Positions 30,499 to 43,014 of a stretch of 61,423 nt of DNA are shown piece after piece. Position 1 is the stretch's first letter; each line of letters begins with the position of its first letter. The translations under genes and the position numbers were made by a program. Origin of the DNA: Prevotella sp. (GTDB lineage: Bacteria; Bacteroidota; Bacteroidia; Bacteroidales; Bacteroidaceae). The stretch spans positions 1 to 61,423 of the forward strand of contig JBJFGK010000065.1 in assembly GCA_051892655.1 (NCBI GenBank), written 5' to 3'. The notes beneath the pieces were generated by a model. That model worked only from the letters and a program-made list of their open reading frames with translations, was not told the DNA's origin and made no database searches.

Positions 30499-31599
30499 AT
30501 GTCATTAAAATGTGGTATCGTGGGATTGCCAAACGTCGGTAAATCCACGCTTTTCAATTGTCTGTCAAGCGCAAAAGCTCAGGCAGCAAACTTTCCTTTT
30601 TGTACTATTGAGCCTAACGTAGGAGTAATTACCGTACCTGACGAGAGGCTCACAAGATTGGCAGAAATCGTACATCCGGGCAGAATAGTTCCTGCTACTT
30701 GTGAGATTGTTGATATCGCCGGTCTTGTAAAAGGTGCATCTAAAGGCGAAGGTCTTGGTAACAAGTTTCTTGGAAACATACGTGAGACAGATGCTATAAT
30801 CCATGTTCTCAGATGTTTTGAAGATGAAAATATAACCCATGTTGACGGTACTATCGACCCTGTACGTGACAAGGAAATCATCGATACAGAACTGCAATTG
30901 AAAGACCTTGAAACGATTGAGAGTCGTTTGTCAAAGCAACAAAAGGTGGCAGCAGCCGGTAATAAAGACGCAAAGATAGAAGTTGGTGTCCTTGAAGCAT
31001 ATAAAGAAGTGCTTGAACAAGGCAAAAACGCACGTTCGGTCCAATTTGAAAGCAAAGAAGAACAAGATGCTGCGCGCAACTTATTCTTATTGACAGCAAA
31101 ACCCGTACTCTATGTTTGCAATGTCGATGAGGCATCAGCTAAAACAGGTAACAATTATTCAGCCTTGATAGAAAGCATTGCAAAGGAAGAAGGAGCCGAA
31201 GCTATGGTTATAGCCGCTAAGACGGAAGAAGATATAGCAAGCCTTGAGACATACGAAGACAAGCAGATGTTTCTTGACGAACTCGGACTTGAAGAGAGCG
31301 GTGTCAATCGTCTCATAAAAAAAGCATACGCTTTGCTCAATCTTGAGACATTTATCACAGCCGGAGAAATGGAGGTTAAGGCATGGACATATCACAAAGG
31401 CTGGAAAGCACCTCAATGTGCAGGAGTCATACATACCGACTTTGAAAAGGGATTTATCCGTGCGGAAGTCATCAAATATGCCGATTACATACAATATGGG
31501 TCTGAATCGGCGGTCCGCGAAGCCGGTAAATTGGGCATTGAAGGAAAAGAATATGTAGTGCAAGACGGTGATATCATGCACTTCAGATTCAACGTATAA
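30499..31599 (+). CDS. ychF: Redox-regulated ATPase YchF
   Basis: GLPNVGKST, NFPFCTIEPN, DIAGLVKGAS, TGS domain. Confidence 0.97.
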   Translation: MSLKCGIVGLPNVGKSTLFNCLSSAKAQAANFPFCTIEPNVGVITVPDERLTRLAEIVHPGRIVPATCEIVDIAGLVKGASKGEGLGNKFLGNIRETDAIIHVLRCFEDENITHVDGTIDPVRDKEIIDTELQLKDLETIESRLSKQQKVAAAGNKDAKIEVGVLEAYKEVLEQGKNARSVQFESKEEQDAARNLFLLTAKPVLYVCNVDEASAKTGNNYSALIESIAKEEGAEAMVIAAKTEEDIASLETYEDKQMFLDELGLEESGVNRLIKKAYALLNLETFITAGEMEVKAWTYHKGWKAPQCAGVIHTDFEKGFIRAEVIKYADYIQYGSESAVREAGKLGIEGKEYVVQDGDIMHFRFNV

Positions 31600-31696
31600 A
31601 GCCGCTTATCGGCAGTATTCAGAATCAGTTTCCTGTTTCCGTCAGAGATTAAACAAAAGCTAACATTTCAAATACATCATTTTCGGCATACCAAAT

Positions 31697-32527
31697 ATGG
31701 ATTTATTCAACTATATTGTATGGAATCCTGACCTTAAAGCCTTTGGTTTTATACGTTGGTATTCTCTATTCTGGCTATTAGGTCTATTGGCAGCATACAT
31801 TCTTGTTAAAAGATTATACCGTCAGCAGAATATTAAAGACGAGTTGTTCGACCCTCTTTTTTTCTATTGTTTTATCGGTATTCTTGTTGGCGCCCGCTTG
31901 GGTCATTGTCTGTTTTATGAGCCCGGATATTTCCTGTCAAGCGGAACCCACATTATAGAGATGCTGCTTCCGTTCCGTTATGGCATGGACGAAGCGTGGC
32001 ATTTCACAGGCTATGAAGGTCTTGCAAGTCACGGAGGAACCATAGGACTTATCATTGCCCTATGGTTATATGTAAGACACACGAAATTAAGTATATGGCG
32101 AGTTCTTGACAACATAGCTATTGCCACTCCGATAACGGCATGTTGCATCCGTTTAGGCAACCTTATGAATTCAGAAATCATCGGTAAAACGACAGATGTT
32201 GCATGGGCTTTCGTGTTTGAAAGAATAGATATGTTGCCTCGTCATCCCGGTCAGCTGTATGAGGCCATAGCCTATGCTTTGTTTTTTATAGTCGGATTGT
32301 GGCTGTATAAACGCAAACCGGCAATGGTCGGTACCGGGTTTTTCTTCGGTTTGTGCCTTACACTTATCTTCACGGCACGCTTTTTCATAGAATATACCAA
32401 AGAGGTACAAGAGTCTTTTGAGGAAAGTATGATTTTTGATATGGGGCAATTGCTCAGTCTGCCATTTATCATTATTGGTATATTGTGCATGTATAAAGCC
32501 TTTCGACAACAGTCAAAAAACATCTGA
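31697..32527 (+). CDS. lgt: Prolipoprotein diacylglyceryl transferase
   Basis: [29 protein letters not shown]. Confidence 0.95.
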   Translation: MDLFNYIVWNPDLKAFGFIRWYSLFWLLGLLAAYILVKRLYRQQNIKDELFDPLFFYCFIGILVGARLGHCLFYEPGYFLSSGTHIIEMLLPFRYGMDEAWHFTGYEGLASHGGTIGLIIALWLYVRHTKLSIWRVLDNIAIATPITACCIRLGNLMNSEIIGKTTDVAWAFVFERIDMLPRHPGQLYEAIAYALFFIVGLWLYKRKPAMVGTGFFFGLCLTLIFTARFFIEYTKEVQESFEESMIFDMGQLLSLPFIIIGILCMYKAFRQQSKNI

Positions 32528-32539
32528 TACTATATGTAT

Positions 32540-32602
32540 AGAAGTGTGTCAAGACATTCTTTGCAGTAATCATTATCTGTAAAAAAGTCTTGACACACTT
32601 CT
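32540..32602. terminator. Long inverted repeat between convergent lgt and mutS
   Basis: AGAAGTGTGTCAAGAC / GTCTTGACACACTTCT perfect 16-bp arms. Confidence 0.7.
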
Positions 32603-32604
32603 TT

Positions 32605-35253
32605 TTATTTTCCTCCAACGATTTTTTTTATGCCGTCAAGCTTGTTTAGTGCCTCCATCGGTGTCAGATTGTTTATGTCAAGCCCTAGAATTTCATCCCT
32701 TACCTGGCATAATACCGGGTCATCAAGCTGAAAGAAGCTTAGCTGCACGCCTTCACGCCCCTGATCAAAGGCTTCGGCAGAGGGCTTCTTCCCTACTCCT
32801 ACGTGTGAGTTATCGTTTTCCAACTGTTTCAATATAGTATTGGCACGCTTTACAATGCTATTTGGCATACCTGCTATCTGAGCCACATGTATTCCGAACG
32901 AATGTTCAGAACCGCCGCGTTCAAGCCGTCTCAAGAATATCACTTTGCCGTTTATCTCTTTCACGCTGACATTATAGTTCTTTATCCTGCTGAAATTCTT
33001 CTCCATTTCATTCAGTTCGTGATAGTGAGTGGCAAAGAGTGTTCTTGCTTTTGCCTTTGGTTTCTCATGCAGATATTCCACTATCGCCCATGCAATGCTT
33101 ATGCCGTCGTATGTCGATGTGCCTCGTCCGAGCTCGTCAAACAATACAAGAGAGCGCGGAGTAACGTTGTTAAGGATGTTTGCAGCCTCTGTCATTTCCA
33201 CCATAAATGTAGATTCGCCAAGCGAAATATTGTCAGAAGCCCCTACCCTTGTGAATATTTTGTCCACCAGACCTATTCTTGCGCTCTCGGCAGGAACAAA
33301 CGAACCTATCTGTGCCATTAACACAATAAGTGCCGTCTGGCGCAACAATGCCGACTTTCCTGCCATATTTGGACCTGTAATGATGACTATCTGCTGTCGT
33401 TTGTCATCAAGTTGTATGTCGTTAGGTACATACTTCTCCCCTACCGGCAGCTGTGTTTCGATTACAGGATGCCTTCCCTGCTTTATGTCAAGCATTATTT
33501 CTTCTGTCTCTATCTGCGGACGTATATAGTTTCTTTGTTCCGCGTCTTTGGCAAACGACAAAAGGCAGTCGAGTTCTGCCATAAGAGTGGCATCAGTCTG
33601 TATTGCCGGGATATAGCGTTGCGTGTCTGCCACAATGTCGGCAAAGAGTTTAGCCTCCAATTGTAGTATCTTGTCTTCTGCGCCGAGTATCTTTTCTTCA
33701 TACTCTTTAAGCTCCTGAGTGATATATCTCTCTGCTTGGGCAAGTGTCTGCTTGCGCACCCACTCTTGCGGAACCTTGTCTTTGTACATGTTTCTGACTT
33801 CAAGATAATATCCGAACACGTTGTTATAGCCTATCTTCAGCGATGCTATTCCGGTCTGTTCTATCTCTCTCTGCTGTATTTTCAGCAAGTAGTCCTTACC
33901 GCTGTATGCTATATTGCGCAGCTCGTCAAGCTCTTCGCTGACACCACTGTTAATGACGTTGCCCTTGTTTACAAGTTGTGGAGGGTCGTTTTGTATTTCT
34001 TTCGCTATGCGTGCCGTGAGTTCGGCGCACGGAGACAGCCTCTCCCCTATCCTTTTCAGCTCGTTATTGTCTGCCGACAGACATGCTTCCTTTAACGGAA
34101 CAACAGCCATAAGAGCGTTTTTCAACTGTACCATTTCACGCGGAGTTACTCTTCCCACCGCGACTTTAGACACTATACGCTCCAAATCTCCTACTATTGC
34201 AAGTTGAGAGTCTGCCGTTTCTTTCATCTCAGGCTGTTTGAAGAAACATTCAACGACAGATTGTCTCTTGTCTATCTCCGTTGCATCTGTCAGTGGGAAT
34301 ACTATCCATCTCTTCAACAGTCGTGCTCCCATTGGCGTTACCGTACTGTCAAGAACGTCAAGCAACGACAATCCGCCTTCCTGCATGGGATTCAACAGCT
34401 CAAGAGAGCGTATCGTAAACTTGTCAAGTCTCACATATCTCTCTTCATCTATCCTCGATAGCGATGTGATATGTGACAGTTGTGTATGCTGGGTAATTTC
34501 AAGATATTGCAGAATTGCGCCTGCTGCTGATATTCCGCTGCGCATGTGTCCCACGCCGAACCCCTTGAGGCTTCTCACTCCGAAGTGTTTTAACAGCTTC
34601 TGCTCTGCTGTCTGTTCCACAAAAGCCCAATCGTCAAGTTCGTAAGTAAACAGTTTTCCACCGAAATACCTTAAAAAAGCATCCCTCTTACCACGTTCAA
34701 AAAGCACTTCTTTAGGCTGAAAGTTCACGAGTAACTTCTCTATATTGTCATAAGAACCTTCATCAACAAAAAACTCTCCAGTGGAAATATCAAGAAAAGC
34801 CACGCCACATGCTGTCTTACCGAAGTTTACAGCGGCAAGAAAGTTGTTTTCTTTATAGTTAAGAACATTATCGCTCATGGCGACACCCGGCGTTACAAGC
34901 TCTGTTATCCCCCTCTTTACCAACTTCTTTGTAAGCTTCGGGTCTTCCAATTGGTCACATATTGCAACCCGCCTTCCTGCTCTTATCAGTTTGGGAAGAT
35001 ATGTGTCAAGGGCATGATGAGGAAATCCTGCCATCTCTGTAGCCGCACCTTTGGTATTGCCGTTGCTACGACGGGTCAGCGTTATACCAAGTATTCTGCT
35101 TGCATCGACGGCATCTTGCAGGTAAGTCTCGTAAAAGTCTCCGCACCTGAACAGCAATAATGCGTCAGGGTGTTTGCCTTTCAGCTCGAAAAACTGCCTC
35201 ATCATAGGCGTCAGCTCATTGTCCTTTTTAGCCATTTCTCTTTTCTTTAGCAT
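32605..35253 (-). CDS. mutS: DNA mismatch repair protein MutS
   Basis: [42 protein letters not shown]; the start may be 35235. Confidence 0.98.
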   Translation of the reverse strand: MLKKREMAKKDNELTPMMRQFFELKGKHPDALLLFRCGDFYETYLQDAVDASRILGITLTRRSNGNTKGAATEMAGFPHHALDTYLPKLIRAGRRVAICDQLEDPKLTKKLVKRGITELVTPGVAMSDNVLNYKENNFLAAVNFGKTACGVAFLDISTGEFFVDEGSYDNIEKLLVNFQPKEVLFERGKRDAFLRYFGGKLFTYELDDWAFVEQTAEQKLLKHFGVRSLKGFGVGHMRSGISAAGAILQYLEITQHTQLSHITSLSRIDEERYVRLDKFTIRSLELLNPMQEGGLSLLDVLDSTVTPMGARLLKRWIVFPLTDATEIDKRQSVVECFFKQPEMKETADSQLAIVGDLERIVSKVAVGRVTPREMVQLKNALMAVVPLKEACLSADNNELKRIGERLSPCAELTARIAKEIQNDPPQLVNKGNVINSGVSEELDELRNIAYSGKDYLLKIQQREIEQTGIASLKIGYNNVFGYYLEVRNMYKDKVPQEWVRKQTLAQAERYITQELKEYEEKILGAEDKILQLEAKLFADIVADTQRYIPAIQTDATLMAELDCLLSFAKDAEQRNYIRPQIETEEIMLDIKQGRHPVIETQLPVGEKYVPNDIQLDDKRQQIVIITGPNMAGKSALLRQTALIVLMAQIGSFVPAESARIGLVDKIFTRVGASDNISLGESTFMVEMTEAANILNNVTPRSLVLFDELGRGTSTYDGISIAWAIVEYLHEKPKAKARTLFATHYHELNEMEKNFSRIKNYNVSVKEINGKVIFLRRLERGGSEHSFGIHVAQIAGMPNSIVKRANTILKQLENDNSHVGVGKKPSAEAFDQGREGVQLSFFQLDDPVLCQVRDEILGLDINNLTPMEALNKLDGIKKIVGGK

Positions 35254-35320
35254 GCAAACTTACTAATTTTTTTTGAGAAGTTTTGCTTTTTTACATATTG
35301 TTTGGGACAGCAAAGATAGA

Positions 35321-35423
35321 GAAACATCGTTTTTTAAAATCGTAACTATGGTATTTGCAAGGTCTAACTATGCTGTTTACGACACGCTAACATGCTGTTT
35401 GCACGATGTAAGTATGGTGTTTA
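35321..35423. repeat. 22-bp-period degenerate array (copy C)
   Basis: Units at 35321, 35343 (TAACTATGGTATTTG), 35365 (TAACTATGCTGTTTA), 35387 (CTAACATGCTGTTTG) and 35409 (TAAGTATGGTGTTTA). Confidence 0.78.
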
Positions 35424-35457
35424 CGGGGCATCGTTTTATAAAAACCAATATTTTCGT

Positions 35458-35488
35458 TTTGATTTGTCACAAAGTAGATGTATCTTTG
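35458..35488 (+). promoter_or_regulatory. Bacteroidota primary-sigma promoter for leuS
   Basis: TTTG (35458-35461), 19-bp spacer, TATCTTTG (35481-35488). Confidence 0.6.
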
Positions 35489-35572
35489 CATGGATTTATA
35501 ATCACACAATGACTCATTGTCTTTCATGATGACAATGAACGTAAATACAAAAACAATATACCAAACAACAAC

Positions 35573-38425
35573 ATGGAATATAATTTCAACGAGATTGAGA
35601 GAAGGTGGCAACAGCAGTGGGCGGAGATGAAGACCTACAAAGTGACTGAAGACAATGACAAAAAGAAGTTTTATGTACTCAACATGTTCCCTTATCCGTC
35701 AGGAGCGGGACTTCACGTAGGCCATCCTCTCGGATATATTGCAAGCGATATATATGCACGATACAAGCGTCTTTGCGGCTACAACGTGCTTAATCCTATG
35801 GGCTATGACGCTTACGGACTGCCGGCGGAACAATATGCCATACAGACAGGACAGCATCCTGCTATCACTACATCGCAGAATATCAACCGCTATCGACAAC
35901 AACTCGACAAGATAGGCTTCTCGTTTGACTGGGACAGAGAAGTGCGTACATGTGACCCGAAATACTATCATTGGACACAATGGGCGTTCCAGAAGATGTT
36001 CAACTCCTTCTATTGCAACACCTGTCATAAGGCAATGCCGATTGAAAAGCTTATAGAACACTTTGAAAACAATGGTACCGAAGGGCTTGATGTGGCTCAG
36101 ACAGAAGAACTGTCTTTTACCGCTGATGAGTGGAAAGCCATGAGTGAGAAACAGCAACAGGAAACACTCATGAACTATCGTATAGCTTATCTGGGAGAAA
36201 CAATGGTTAACTGGTGTGCCGGACTCGGTACTGTGCTTGCCAATGATGAGGTTGTAGACGGTGTAAGTGTCAGAGGCGGATATCCTGTCGTGCAGAAAAA
36301 GATGCGCCAATGGTGCTTGAGAGTAAGTGCGTATGCGCAGCGTCTGCTTGACGGACTTGATACTCTTGAATGGACAGACTCGTTGAAAGAGACCCAACGC
36401 AATTGGATTGGACGTTCGGAAGGTACGGAAATGGAGTTCAAAGTAGCAGGTACAGACACGGCGTTTACCATCTTCACAACACGTGCAGATACCATTTTCG
36501 GTGTTACATTCATGGTACTTGCTCCTGAGAGCGAACTTGTTGACAAGCTCACAACAGCCGACAGAAGAGCCGAAGTTGACGAATATATATCTTATGTGAA
36601 GAAGCGTACAGAGCGTGAACGCATAAGTGACCGCAAGGTTACAGGCGTTTTCTCAGGCTCATACGCCGTAAATCCGTTTACCGGAGACAATATTCCGATA
36701 TGGATTTCAGAATATGTACTTGCCGGATACGGCACCGGAGCTATCATGGCTGTGCCTGCACACGACTCAAGAGACTATGCTTTCGCACGTCATTTCAACC
36801 TGCCTGTAATACCTCTCATCGAAGGATGCGATGTCAGCGAAGAAAGTTTCGATGCCAAAGAGGGTAGGGTAACCAACAGTCCGGCAGATGGAAAGACTGC
36901 CCTTGACGGCTTCTCGCTTAACGGATTAAGCGTAAAAGAAGCTATACAAAAGACTAAAGACTTTGTCACAACACATCATCTCGGACGCGTAAAAGTAAAC
37001 TTCCGTCTGAGAGACGCCATATTCTCACGCCAGAGATATTGGGGAGAGCCGTTCCCTGTTTACTACAAAGAAGGTATGCCTTATATGATACCCGAAAACA
37101 AACTGCCTCTCGAACTGCCGGAAATAAGCGAATACAAACCTACAGAAAACGGCGAGCCGCCTCTCGGACACGCCAAGACATGGGCTTGGGATGAAAAAAA
37201 GGCACAAGTAGTTGACAAGTCTTTGATTGACAACATCAGCGTTTTCCCTCTCGAACTCAATACTATGCCCGGATTTGCAGGCTCTTCGGCTTACTATCTG
37301 AGGTATATGGACCCACACAACGACAATGCTCTCGTAAGCGAAAAAGCCGACTCTTATTGGCAAAACGTTGATCTTTACGTTGGTGGAACCGAACATGCGA
37401 CGGGACATCTCATATATTCACGCTTCTGGAACAAGTTCCTTTTCGACATCGGAACATCATGTAAAGAAGAGCCGTTCAGCAAACTTGTCAATCAAGGAAT
37501 GATACAAGGACGCTCCAACTTCGTATATCGCATAAACAGCGATGACCATTCGGCAGCTCCAACATTCGTATCTCTCGGACTGAAAGACCAATATGACGTC
37601 ACACCAATACATGTAGACGTAAACATAGTACACGGAGATGTGCTTGATATTGACGCCTTTAAGGCATGGCGTCCCGAATATAACAATGCCGAATTCATAC
37701 TCGAAAACGACAAATACGTTTGTGGTTGGGCTATTGAAAAAATGTCAAAGTCGATGTTCAATGTAGTCAATCCGGACATGATTGTAGAGAAATACGGTGC
37801 CGATACACTACGTCTTTACGAGATGTTCCTCGGTCCTGTAGAACAAAGCAAGCCTTGGGACACCAACGGTATTGACGGTTGCCACCGCTTTCTTAAGAAG
37901 TTATGGGGTCTTTATTACGGCAAAGACGACAAGATTACCGTTAATGACGAGCCGGCAACACCAGAACAACTGAAGTCCGTACACAAACTTATCAAGAAAG
38001 TGACGCAGGATATCGAGCAGTTCAGCTATAACACTTCGGTCGCAGCATTTATGATTTGCGTAGGAGAACTGCATCAGCTCAAATGTCACAACAGAGAACT
38101 GCTGTCACAACTTATCGTGCTCATTGCACCGTTTGCCCCACACATTGCCGAAGAACTGTGGCACGCTATGGGTAACAATGGTACTGTATGCGACGCGCAA
38201 TGGCCGGAACACAACGAAAAATACCTTGTTGAAAGTCAGATGCAGCTTACTGTCTCTTTCAATGGCAAGGCGCGCTTCCAAATGCAATTTGATGCCGATG
38301 CCGATAACAAGACCATTGAAGATGCCGTACGCGCTGATGAGAGAACGGCAAAATATATTGACGGCAAACAAATAGTAAAAGTCATCATCGTGCCAAAGAA
38401 GATTATCAATATGGTTATCAAATAA
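35573..38425 (+). CDS. leuS: Leucine--tRNA ligase
   Basis: [14 protein letters not shown] (HIGH), [12 protein letters not shown] editing domain, KMSKS. Confidence 0.98.
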   Translation: MEYNFNEIERRWQQQWAEMKTYKVTEDNDKKKFYVLNMFPYPSGAGLHVGHPLGYIASDIYARYKRLCGYNVLNPMGYDAYGLPAEQYAIQTGQHPAITTSQNINRYRQQLDKIGFSFDWDREVRTCDPKYYHWTQWAFQKMFNSFYCNTCHKAMPIEKLIEHFENNGTEGLDVAQTEELSFTADEWKAMSEKQQQETLMNYRIAYLGETMVNWCAGLGTVLANDEVVDGVSVRGGYPVVQKKMRQWCLRVSAYAQRLLDGLDTLEWTDSLKETQRNWIGRSEGTEMEFKVAGTDTAFTIFTTRADTIFGVTFMVLAPESELVDKLTTADRRAEVDEYISYVKKRTERERISDRKVTGVFSGSYAVNPFTGDNIPIWISEYVLAGYGTGAIMAVPAHDSRDYAFARHFNLPVIPLIEGCDVSEESFDAKEGRVTNSPADGKTALDGFSLNGLSVKEAIQKTKDFVTTHHLGRVKVNFRLRDAIFSRQRYWGEPFPVYYKEGMPYMIPENKLPLELPEISEYKPTENGEPPLGHAKTWAWDEKKAQVVDKSLIDNISVFPLELNTMPGFAGSSAYYLRYMDPHNDNALVSEKADSYWQNVDLYVGGTEHATGHLIYSRFWNKFLFDIGTSCKEEPFSKLVNQGMIQGRSNFVYRINSDDHSAAPTFVSLGLKDQYDVTPIHVDVNIVHGDVLDIDAFKAWRPEYNNAEFILENDKYVCGWAIEKMSKSMFNVVNPDMIVEKYGADTLRLYEMFLGPVEQSKPWDTNGIDGCHRFLKKLWGLYYGKDDKITVNDEPATPEQLKSVHKLIKKVTQDIEQFSYNTSVAAFMICVGELHQLKCHNRELLSQLIVLIAPFAPHIAEELWHAMGNNGTVCDAQWPEHNEKYLVESQMQLTVSFNGKARFQMQFDADADNKTIEDAVRADERTAKYIDGKQIVKVIIVPKKIINMVIK

Positions 38426-38438
38426 CAGACTGCAAAAC

Positions 38439-39377
38439 ATGCTGAAGAAAGTTCTCCTGCAGGAAATACGAGACTATACAAACATAACTCTCGGACTGCT
38501 GTTATATACCTTTGGGTTTACCGTATTCCTTTTGCCCTATAAGATAGTGACAGGAGGAATAGCCGGAGTTGGGGCAATTATATTCTACGCCTCACGTTTT
38601 CCCGTGCAATATACTTTCTTCATAATAAACGCAATCCTTATCGTTGCAGCCTTGAAAATATTAGGTTGGCGTTTCCTCGCAAAGACAATCTATGCCACTT
38701 TCGCGCTCACTTTCTTTTTAGAAGTGGCACAAGACATTGTGATAAAGCCCGATGGCAGCTTCTATAAACTGTTGGGAGAGGGCAACGACTTCATGTCTCT
38801 CATCATAGGGTGTATGCTTACAGGAACGGCACTTGCCGTTGTCTTCCTTAATAACGGCAGTACCGGAGGAACAGACATCATTGCCGCCGTTGTAAACAAA
38901 TATTACAACATCACTCTCGGCAAGGTGCTTATACTCATAGATGTATGCATTATAGGCAGCTGTCTCATTGTTGACAATCTCGGACCAATGGAGATAAGAT
39001 GCCAGAAAGTGGTCTTCGGTCTGTGCACAATGGTTATAGAGTGTCTTATGCTTGATTATGTGATGTATTGGCAACGGCAATCAGTACAGTTTCTAATATT
39101 TTCAAACAAACACAAAGAAATAGCAGAAGCCATCGTAAAGACAACAGACCATAGCCTTACCATACTTGACGGACACGGTTGGTACACAGGCAAAGAGATG
39201 AAAGTATTGTGTCTGCTTGCAAAAAAACGGGAAAGCTTGACAATATTCCGCCTCATCAAGACCATTGACCCTAATGCTTTCGTCAGCCAAAGTTCTGTAA
39301 TAGGAGTCTATGGCGAAGGCTTTGACCAGATAAAAGTCAGAGTTTCAAAAAACAAAAAAGACAAAGACCTAACATGA
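38439..39377 (+). CDS. YitT family membrane protein
   Basis: [15 protein letters not shown]-terminal IDPNAF..GEGF. Confidence 0.88.
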   Translation: MLKKVLLQEIRDYTNITLGLLLYTFGFTVFLLPYKIVTGGIAGVGAIIFYASRFPVQYTFFIINAILIVAALKILGWRFLAKTIYATFALTFFLEVAQDIVIKPDGSFYKLLGEGNDFMSLIIGCMLTGTALAVVFLNNGSTGGTDIIAAVVNKYYNITLGKVLILIDVCIIGSCLIVDNLGPMEIRCQKVVFGLCTMVIECLMLDYVMYWQRQSVQFLIFSNKHKEIAEAIVKTTDHSLTILDGHGWYTGKEMKVLCLLAKKRESLTIFRLIKTIDPNAFVSQSSVIGVYGEGFDQIKVRVSKNKKDKDLT

Positions 39378-39973
39378 AAATAGTTTTTGCAACCAACAAC
39401 AAGCACAAACTCTCCGAAATAAGAGATATATTGGGCAATGAAATAGAGGTATTGTCACTTGACGATATCAATTGTCACGCCGACATACCTGAAACATCAG
39501 ACACTCTGGAAGGCAATGCTCTGCAAAAGGCACACTATATATACGACAACTATCATATAAGTTGCTTTGCCGATGACACTGGACTTGAGGTTGACGCATT
39601 GGGTGGTGAGCCGGGCATATATTCAGCGCGATATGCCGGAAACGGTCACGACAGTGAAGCCAATATGTCTAAATTGCTTGCAAAACTTGGCGACAACGAC
39701 AACAGAAAGGCGCGTTTCCGCACCGTAATAGCACTTATAATCGATGGTAAGCATTCAGAAGAGAAAATCTTTGAAGGCATTGTAGAAGGCTCAATTATAA
39801 AGGAAAGAAGGGGAGGGGAGGGCTTCGGCTATGACCCGATATTCCAACCGGAGGGTTACAACAATACATTTGCAGAACTCGGAAGCGAAATAAAGAATAA
39901 GATATCACACCGCGCAAGAGCCGTAGCAAAGCTCGTTGAAGAACTGAAAAAACGAATGCCATGTGACAAGTAA
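39374..39973 (+). CDS. rdgB: Non-canonical purine NTP pyrophosphatase (RdgB/HAM1)
   Basis: [34 protein letters not shown]. Confidence 0.95.
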   Translation: MKIVFATNNKHKLSEIRDILGNEIEVLSLDDINCHADIPETSDTLEGNALQKAHYIYDNYHISCFADDTGLEVDALGGEPGIYSARYAGNGHDSEANMSKLLAKLGDNDNRKARFRTVIALIIDGKHSEEKIFEGIVEGSIIKERRGGEGFGYDPIFQPEGYNNTFAELGSEIKNKISHRARAVAKLVEELKKRMPCDK

Positions 39974-40081
39974 CATGACAATAACTGCGTTATTTGCTTA
40001 TAACACTTGTCTGAATAAATCATACATCTGCCAACAAAAGTATTTACTACTGACGGATTACACTATATCTGATACTATAAA

Positions 40082-40990
40082 ATGATTTCATCATTATCCG
40101 TTCTGATACCTACATACAACGACTATTGTCTTGAACTTGTCAAACAACTCAAGATACAGGCAGATTATGAGGTAGAAACAAGCGATGGAAAGTTTTCTTA
40201 CGAAATAATAGTAGCTGACGACGGGTCAACAAACAAAGATGTAATTGAAACAAACAAGGCTGTTGGCATGCTTGAAAACTGCCGTTTTCTAATGAGAAAG
40301 ACCAACAGCGGCAGAGCCGCCATACGCAATTTCCTTGTTCAAAATGCCCGTTACGAGTATCTTCTTTTTATAGATTGCGATAGAGGAATAAGAAATTCAG
40401 ACTTTATACATACATATTTGCAATGTGAAGAAGCTCCAATAATTTATGGCGGATATATCATCAATGATAACAAAGACAAATTTAAATATAACCTAAGATA
40501 CATATACGAGAGCAAATATAATAAAAATCATATTGCAAAACAGCGTACAAAGCATCCTTATAACAACTTTAATACTTCTAATTTTATTGCAAAAAGAGAT
40601 ATAATGCTACGCTTTAAATTTGATGAACGTATGAAAAAATACGGTTATGAAGATGTGTTATGGGGTAAGATAATCAAAGAAAACAATATAAAAATATATC
40701 ATATTGACAATCCGTTAATCATTGAAGAATTTGAAACCAACGATGTTTTCATAGCCAAAACAGAAGAAGCGCTTTCCACTTTATATGATTATAAAGAAGA
40801 ATTAAGAGGCTTTTCAAGTCTTATATCCACAGCCGAGTTGCTTGAAAGATATAATCTTGACAAAGCTGTTGCCGTAATTTTCAACAAGATACAACATATC
40901 GTTAAAAACAATCTTACAGGCAATAAACCCCATATCACGCTGTTTTATATATATAAGATAGGAATATTCTGTAAACTTTTGAATTCATGA
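40082..40990 (+). CDS. Glycosyltransferase family 2
   Basis: SVLIPTYN, EIIVADDGS, FIDCD, YGYED. Confidence 0.9.
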   Translation: MISSLSVLIPTYNDYCLELVKQLKIQADYEVETSDGKFSYEIIVADDGSTNKDVIETNKAVGMLENCRFLMRKTNSGRAAIRNFLVQNARYEYLLFIDCDRGIRNSDFIHTYLQCEEAPIIYGGYIINDNKDKFKYNLRYIYESKYNKNHIAKQRTKHPYNNFNTSNFIAKRDIMLRFKFDERMKKYGYEDVLWGKIIKENNIKIYHIDNPLIIEEFETNDVFIAKTEEALSTLYDYKEELRGFSSLISTAELLERYNLDKAVAVIFNKIQHIVKNNLTGNKPHITLFYIYKIGIFCKLLNS

Positions 40991-40994
40991 CAAC

Positions 40995-43001
40995 ATGAAA
41001 AAATACATATTCACACTACTTATTCTCATCGTTGCCACTCTTACGGCACATGGTTCAGGCATCGGATCTTGGAAAGCATACATGGCATACCACGACATTA
41101 CAGATGTTAAAAAAGGCGGTAACATCATCTATATACTTGCTTCCAACGGACTTTACACATACAACACCGTTGACAACAGCATTTTTACGTATGACAAAAT
41201 AAATGGTCTTAACGACTGTCTTATAGAGAAAATACAATGGTGTCAGGCAGCTAAGGGTCTTATAATTATTTATGACAACTACAATATAGACATTTTGTAT
41301 TCCGACGGCAGCATAGTTAACATCTCGGAATATATGAACAAGTCTATGACATATAATAAGACTGTCTATTCAATAGATATATATGGCAAATACGCCTACC
41401 TATCTACCGACTTTGGAATAATGAAGATAAACGTTGAAAAAGCTGAAATAAGCGATACTTACAGTCTTGGTTTCCGTGTTGATTACTGCCATATAGAAGG
41501 CGACAAGATATATGCCGAGTCAAGCACACAAGGTACTTACTCTGCTAATATAAATGATAACCTGCTTGATCCTGCGTCATGGACATATACCAAACCATTT
41601 GATTGGAGACCGTATGTAGTAGATCAAGAACTGCTTGAAAAGGCAAAAACGCTCAATCCCGGCGGTCCCAAGTACAACTATTTCGGCTTTCTAAAGTTCG
41701 CAAATGACCAACTTTACTCATGCGGAGAATTCATAGGTTGGAATGCATGTATACAAATACTCAAGGATAATAATGAATGGACCATTTATCAAGATGAAGG
41801 TATAGAAGAAATAACGGGTGTAAGCTATACAAACATATTAGCTTTAGATTATGACCCTAAGGATATAAAACATATATTCGCAGGAGGACGCAACGGACTT
41901 TACGAGTTTTATGATGGAAAGTTCAAGAATTACTTTGACTATCAATATACTCCCATTGAAAGAACTGATGGTAAAAACAAAGAATATCAGCTTGTAACTG
42001 GCGTAAAGTTTGATAAAGAAGGTAATCTGTGGATACTTAACAGTGCAGCACCAACACAATCACTAATTGAATTTACCGCAGAAAGACAATGGAAATCACA
42101 TACTAAGTCGGATCTAATGCTATTTAACAATGGCGAAAATAAGAACAAAAGTTTAGAATATATGAAACGCATGATGATAGACACAAGGAATCTGCTTTGG
42201 TTTGTAAATAATAGCGGATGGAATCCATATTTTTATTGCTATCAATTTGAGACAGACGCTATAAAAGGTTTTACTACTTTCTTCAATCAAGACGGTACAA
42301 AAATAACACCAAGTTATATCAGGACGGTAAAAGAAGACCTTTCCGGCAATATTTGGGTAGGTACTGACGTGGGACCATTCTATCTTTCACCAAAACAGAT
42401 ATTTGAAGAAGAACCCGTATTTACACAAGTTAAAGTTCCGAGAAACGACGGTACCAACTACGCAGACTACCTTTTGAGCGGCATAGACATAACGGCTATG
42501 GCTATTGATCCTGCCGGTAGGAAGTGGTTTGGAACTAATGGAAACGGCGTATATCTTATAAGTGCGGATAATATGCAGCAATTAGAGCACTTCACAACAT
42601 CAAACAGCTATCTACTTTCTAACGTTATTCTTGATATAGCTATTAACGACAAGACTGGCGAAGTGTTCTTCGGCACAGACAAAGGATTATGTTCTTACAT
42701 GGGAAACGCCACAGCCACAAGCGACGACATGGATAAAGACAATGTCTATGCTTATCCTAATCCGGTAAAACCCGATTATACAGGACCTATAAACATAGTA
42801 GGTCTCAGTCTTGATGCCGATGTTAAGATAACCACATCCAACGGTATTCTTGTAGCATCAGGTAGAAGTAACGGCGGTATGTATTCTTGGGACGGTTGCG
42901 ATATGAAGGGAAAACGTGTCGCAAGTGGTATATATATGGTTCAGACAGCCATGTCTGACGGCAGCAAAGGCACAGTTTGTAAGATAGCTATTATACGATA
43001 A
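40995..43001 (+). CDS. porZ: PorZ-like beta-propeller protein of the type IX secretion system
   Basis: Signal peptide, propeller repeats (GNIWVGT, GRKWFGT, GEVFFGTDKG), KVPRNDGTNYADYLL and a CTD (YAYPNPV..SGIYMV..KIAIIR). Confidence 0.78.
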   Translation: MKKYIFTLLILIVATLTAHGSGIGSWKAYMAYHDITDVKKGGNIIYILASNGLYTYNTVDNSIFTYDKINGLNDCLIEKIQWCQAAKGLIIIYDNYNIDILYSDGSIVNISEYMNKSMTYNKTVYSIDIYGKYAYLSTDFGIMKINVEKAEISDTYSLGFRVDYCHIEGDKIYAESSTQGTYSANINDNLLDPASWTYTKPFDWRPYVVDQELLEKAKTLNPGGPKYNYFGFLKFANDQLYSCGEFIGWNACIQILKDNNEWTIYQDEGIEEITGVSYTNILALDYDPKDIKHIFAGGRNGLYEFYDGKFKNYFDYQYTPIERTDGKNKEYQLVTGVKFDKEGNLWILNSAAPTQSLIEFTAERQWKSHTKSDLMLFNNGENKNKSLEYMKRMMIDTRNLLWFVNNSGWNPYFYCYQFETDAIKGFTTFFNQDGTKITPSYIRTVKEDLSGNIWVGTDVGPFYLSPKQIFEEEPVFTQVKVPRNDGTNYADYLLSGIDITAMAIDPAGRKWFGTNGNGVYLISADNMQQLEHFTTSNSYLLSNVILDIAINDKTGEVFFGTDKGLCSYMGNATATSDDMDKDNVYAYPNPVKPDYTGPINIVGLSLDADVKITTSNGILVASGRSNGGMYSWDGCDMKGKRVASGIYMVQTAMSDGSKGTVCKIAIIR

Positions 43002-43014
43002 AATATATTAGTAT

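Noticed and set aside
35321-35423. 22-bp arrays interpreted as mini-CRISPR or integron attC sites
   Set aside because: Linkers are only 7 bp, units are degenerate, and there is no adjacent cas or integrase gene
35490-35540. Leader peptide or attenuator upstream of leuS (mini-ORFs MDL and MTHCLS; hairpin 35514-35538)
   Set aside because: Only single Leu codons, no terminator U-tract and no T-box features; likely chance
35699-36397. 232-aa minus-strand ORF, and similar antisense ORFs in polA, mutS, ychF and the ABC genes
   Set aside because: Shadow frames of well-conserved genes
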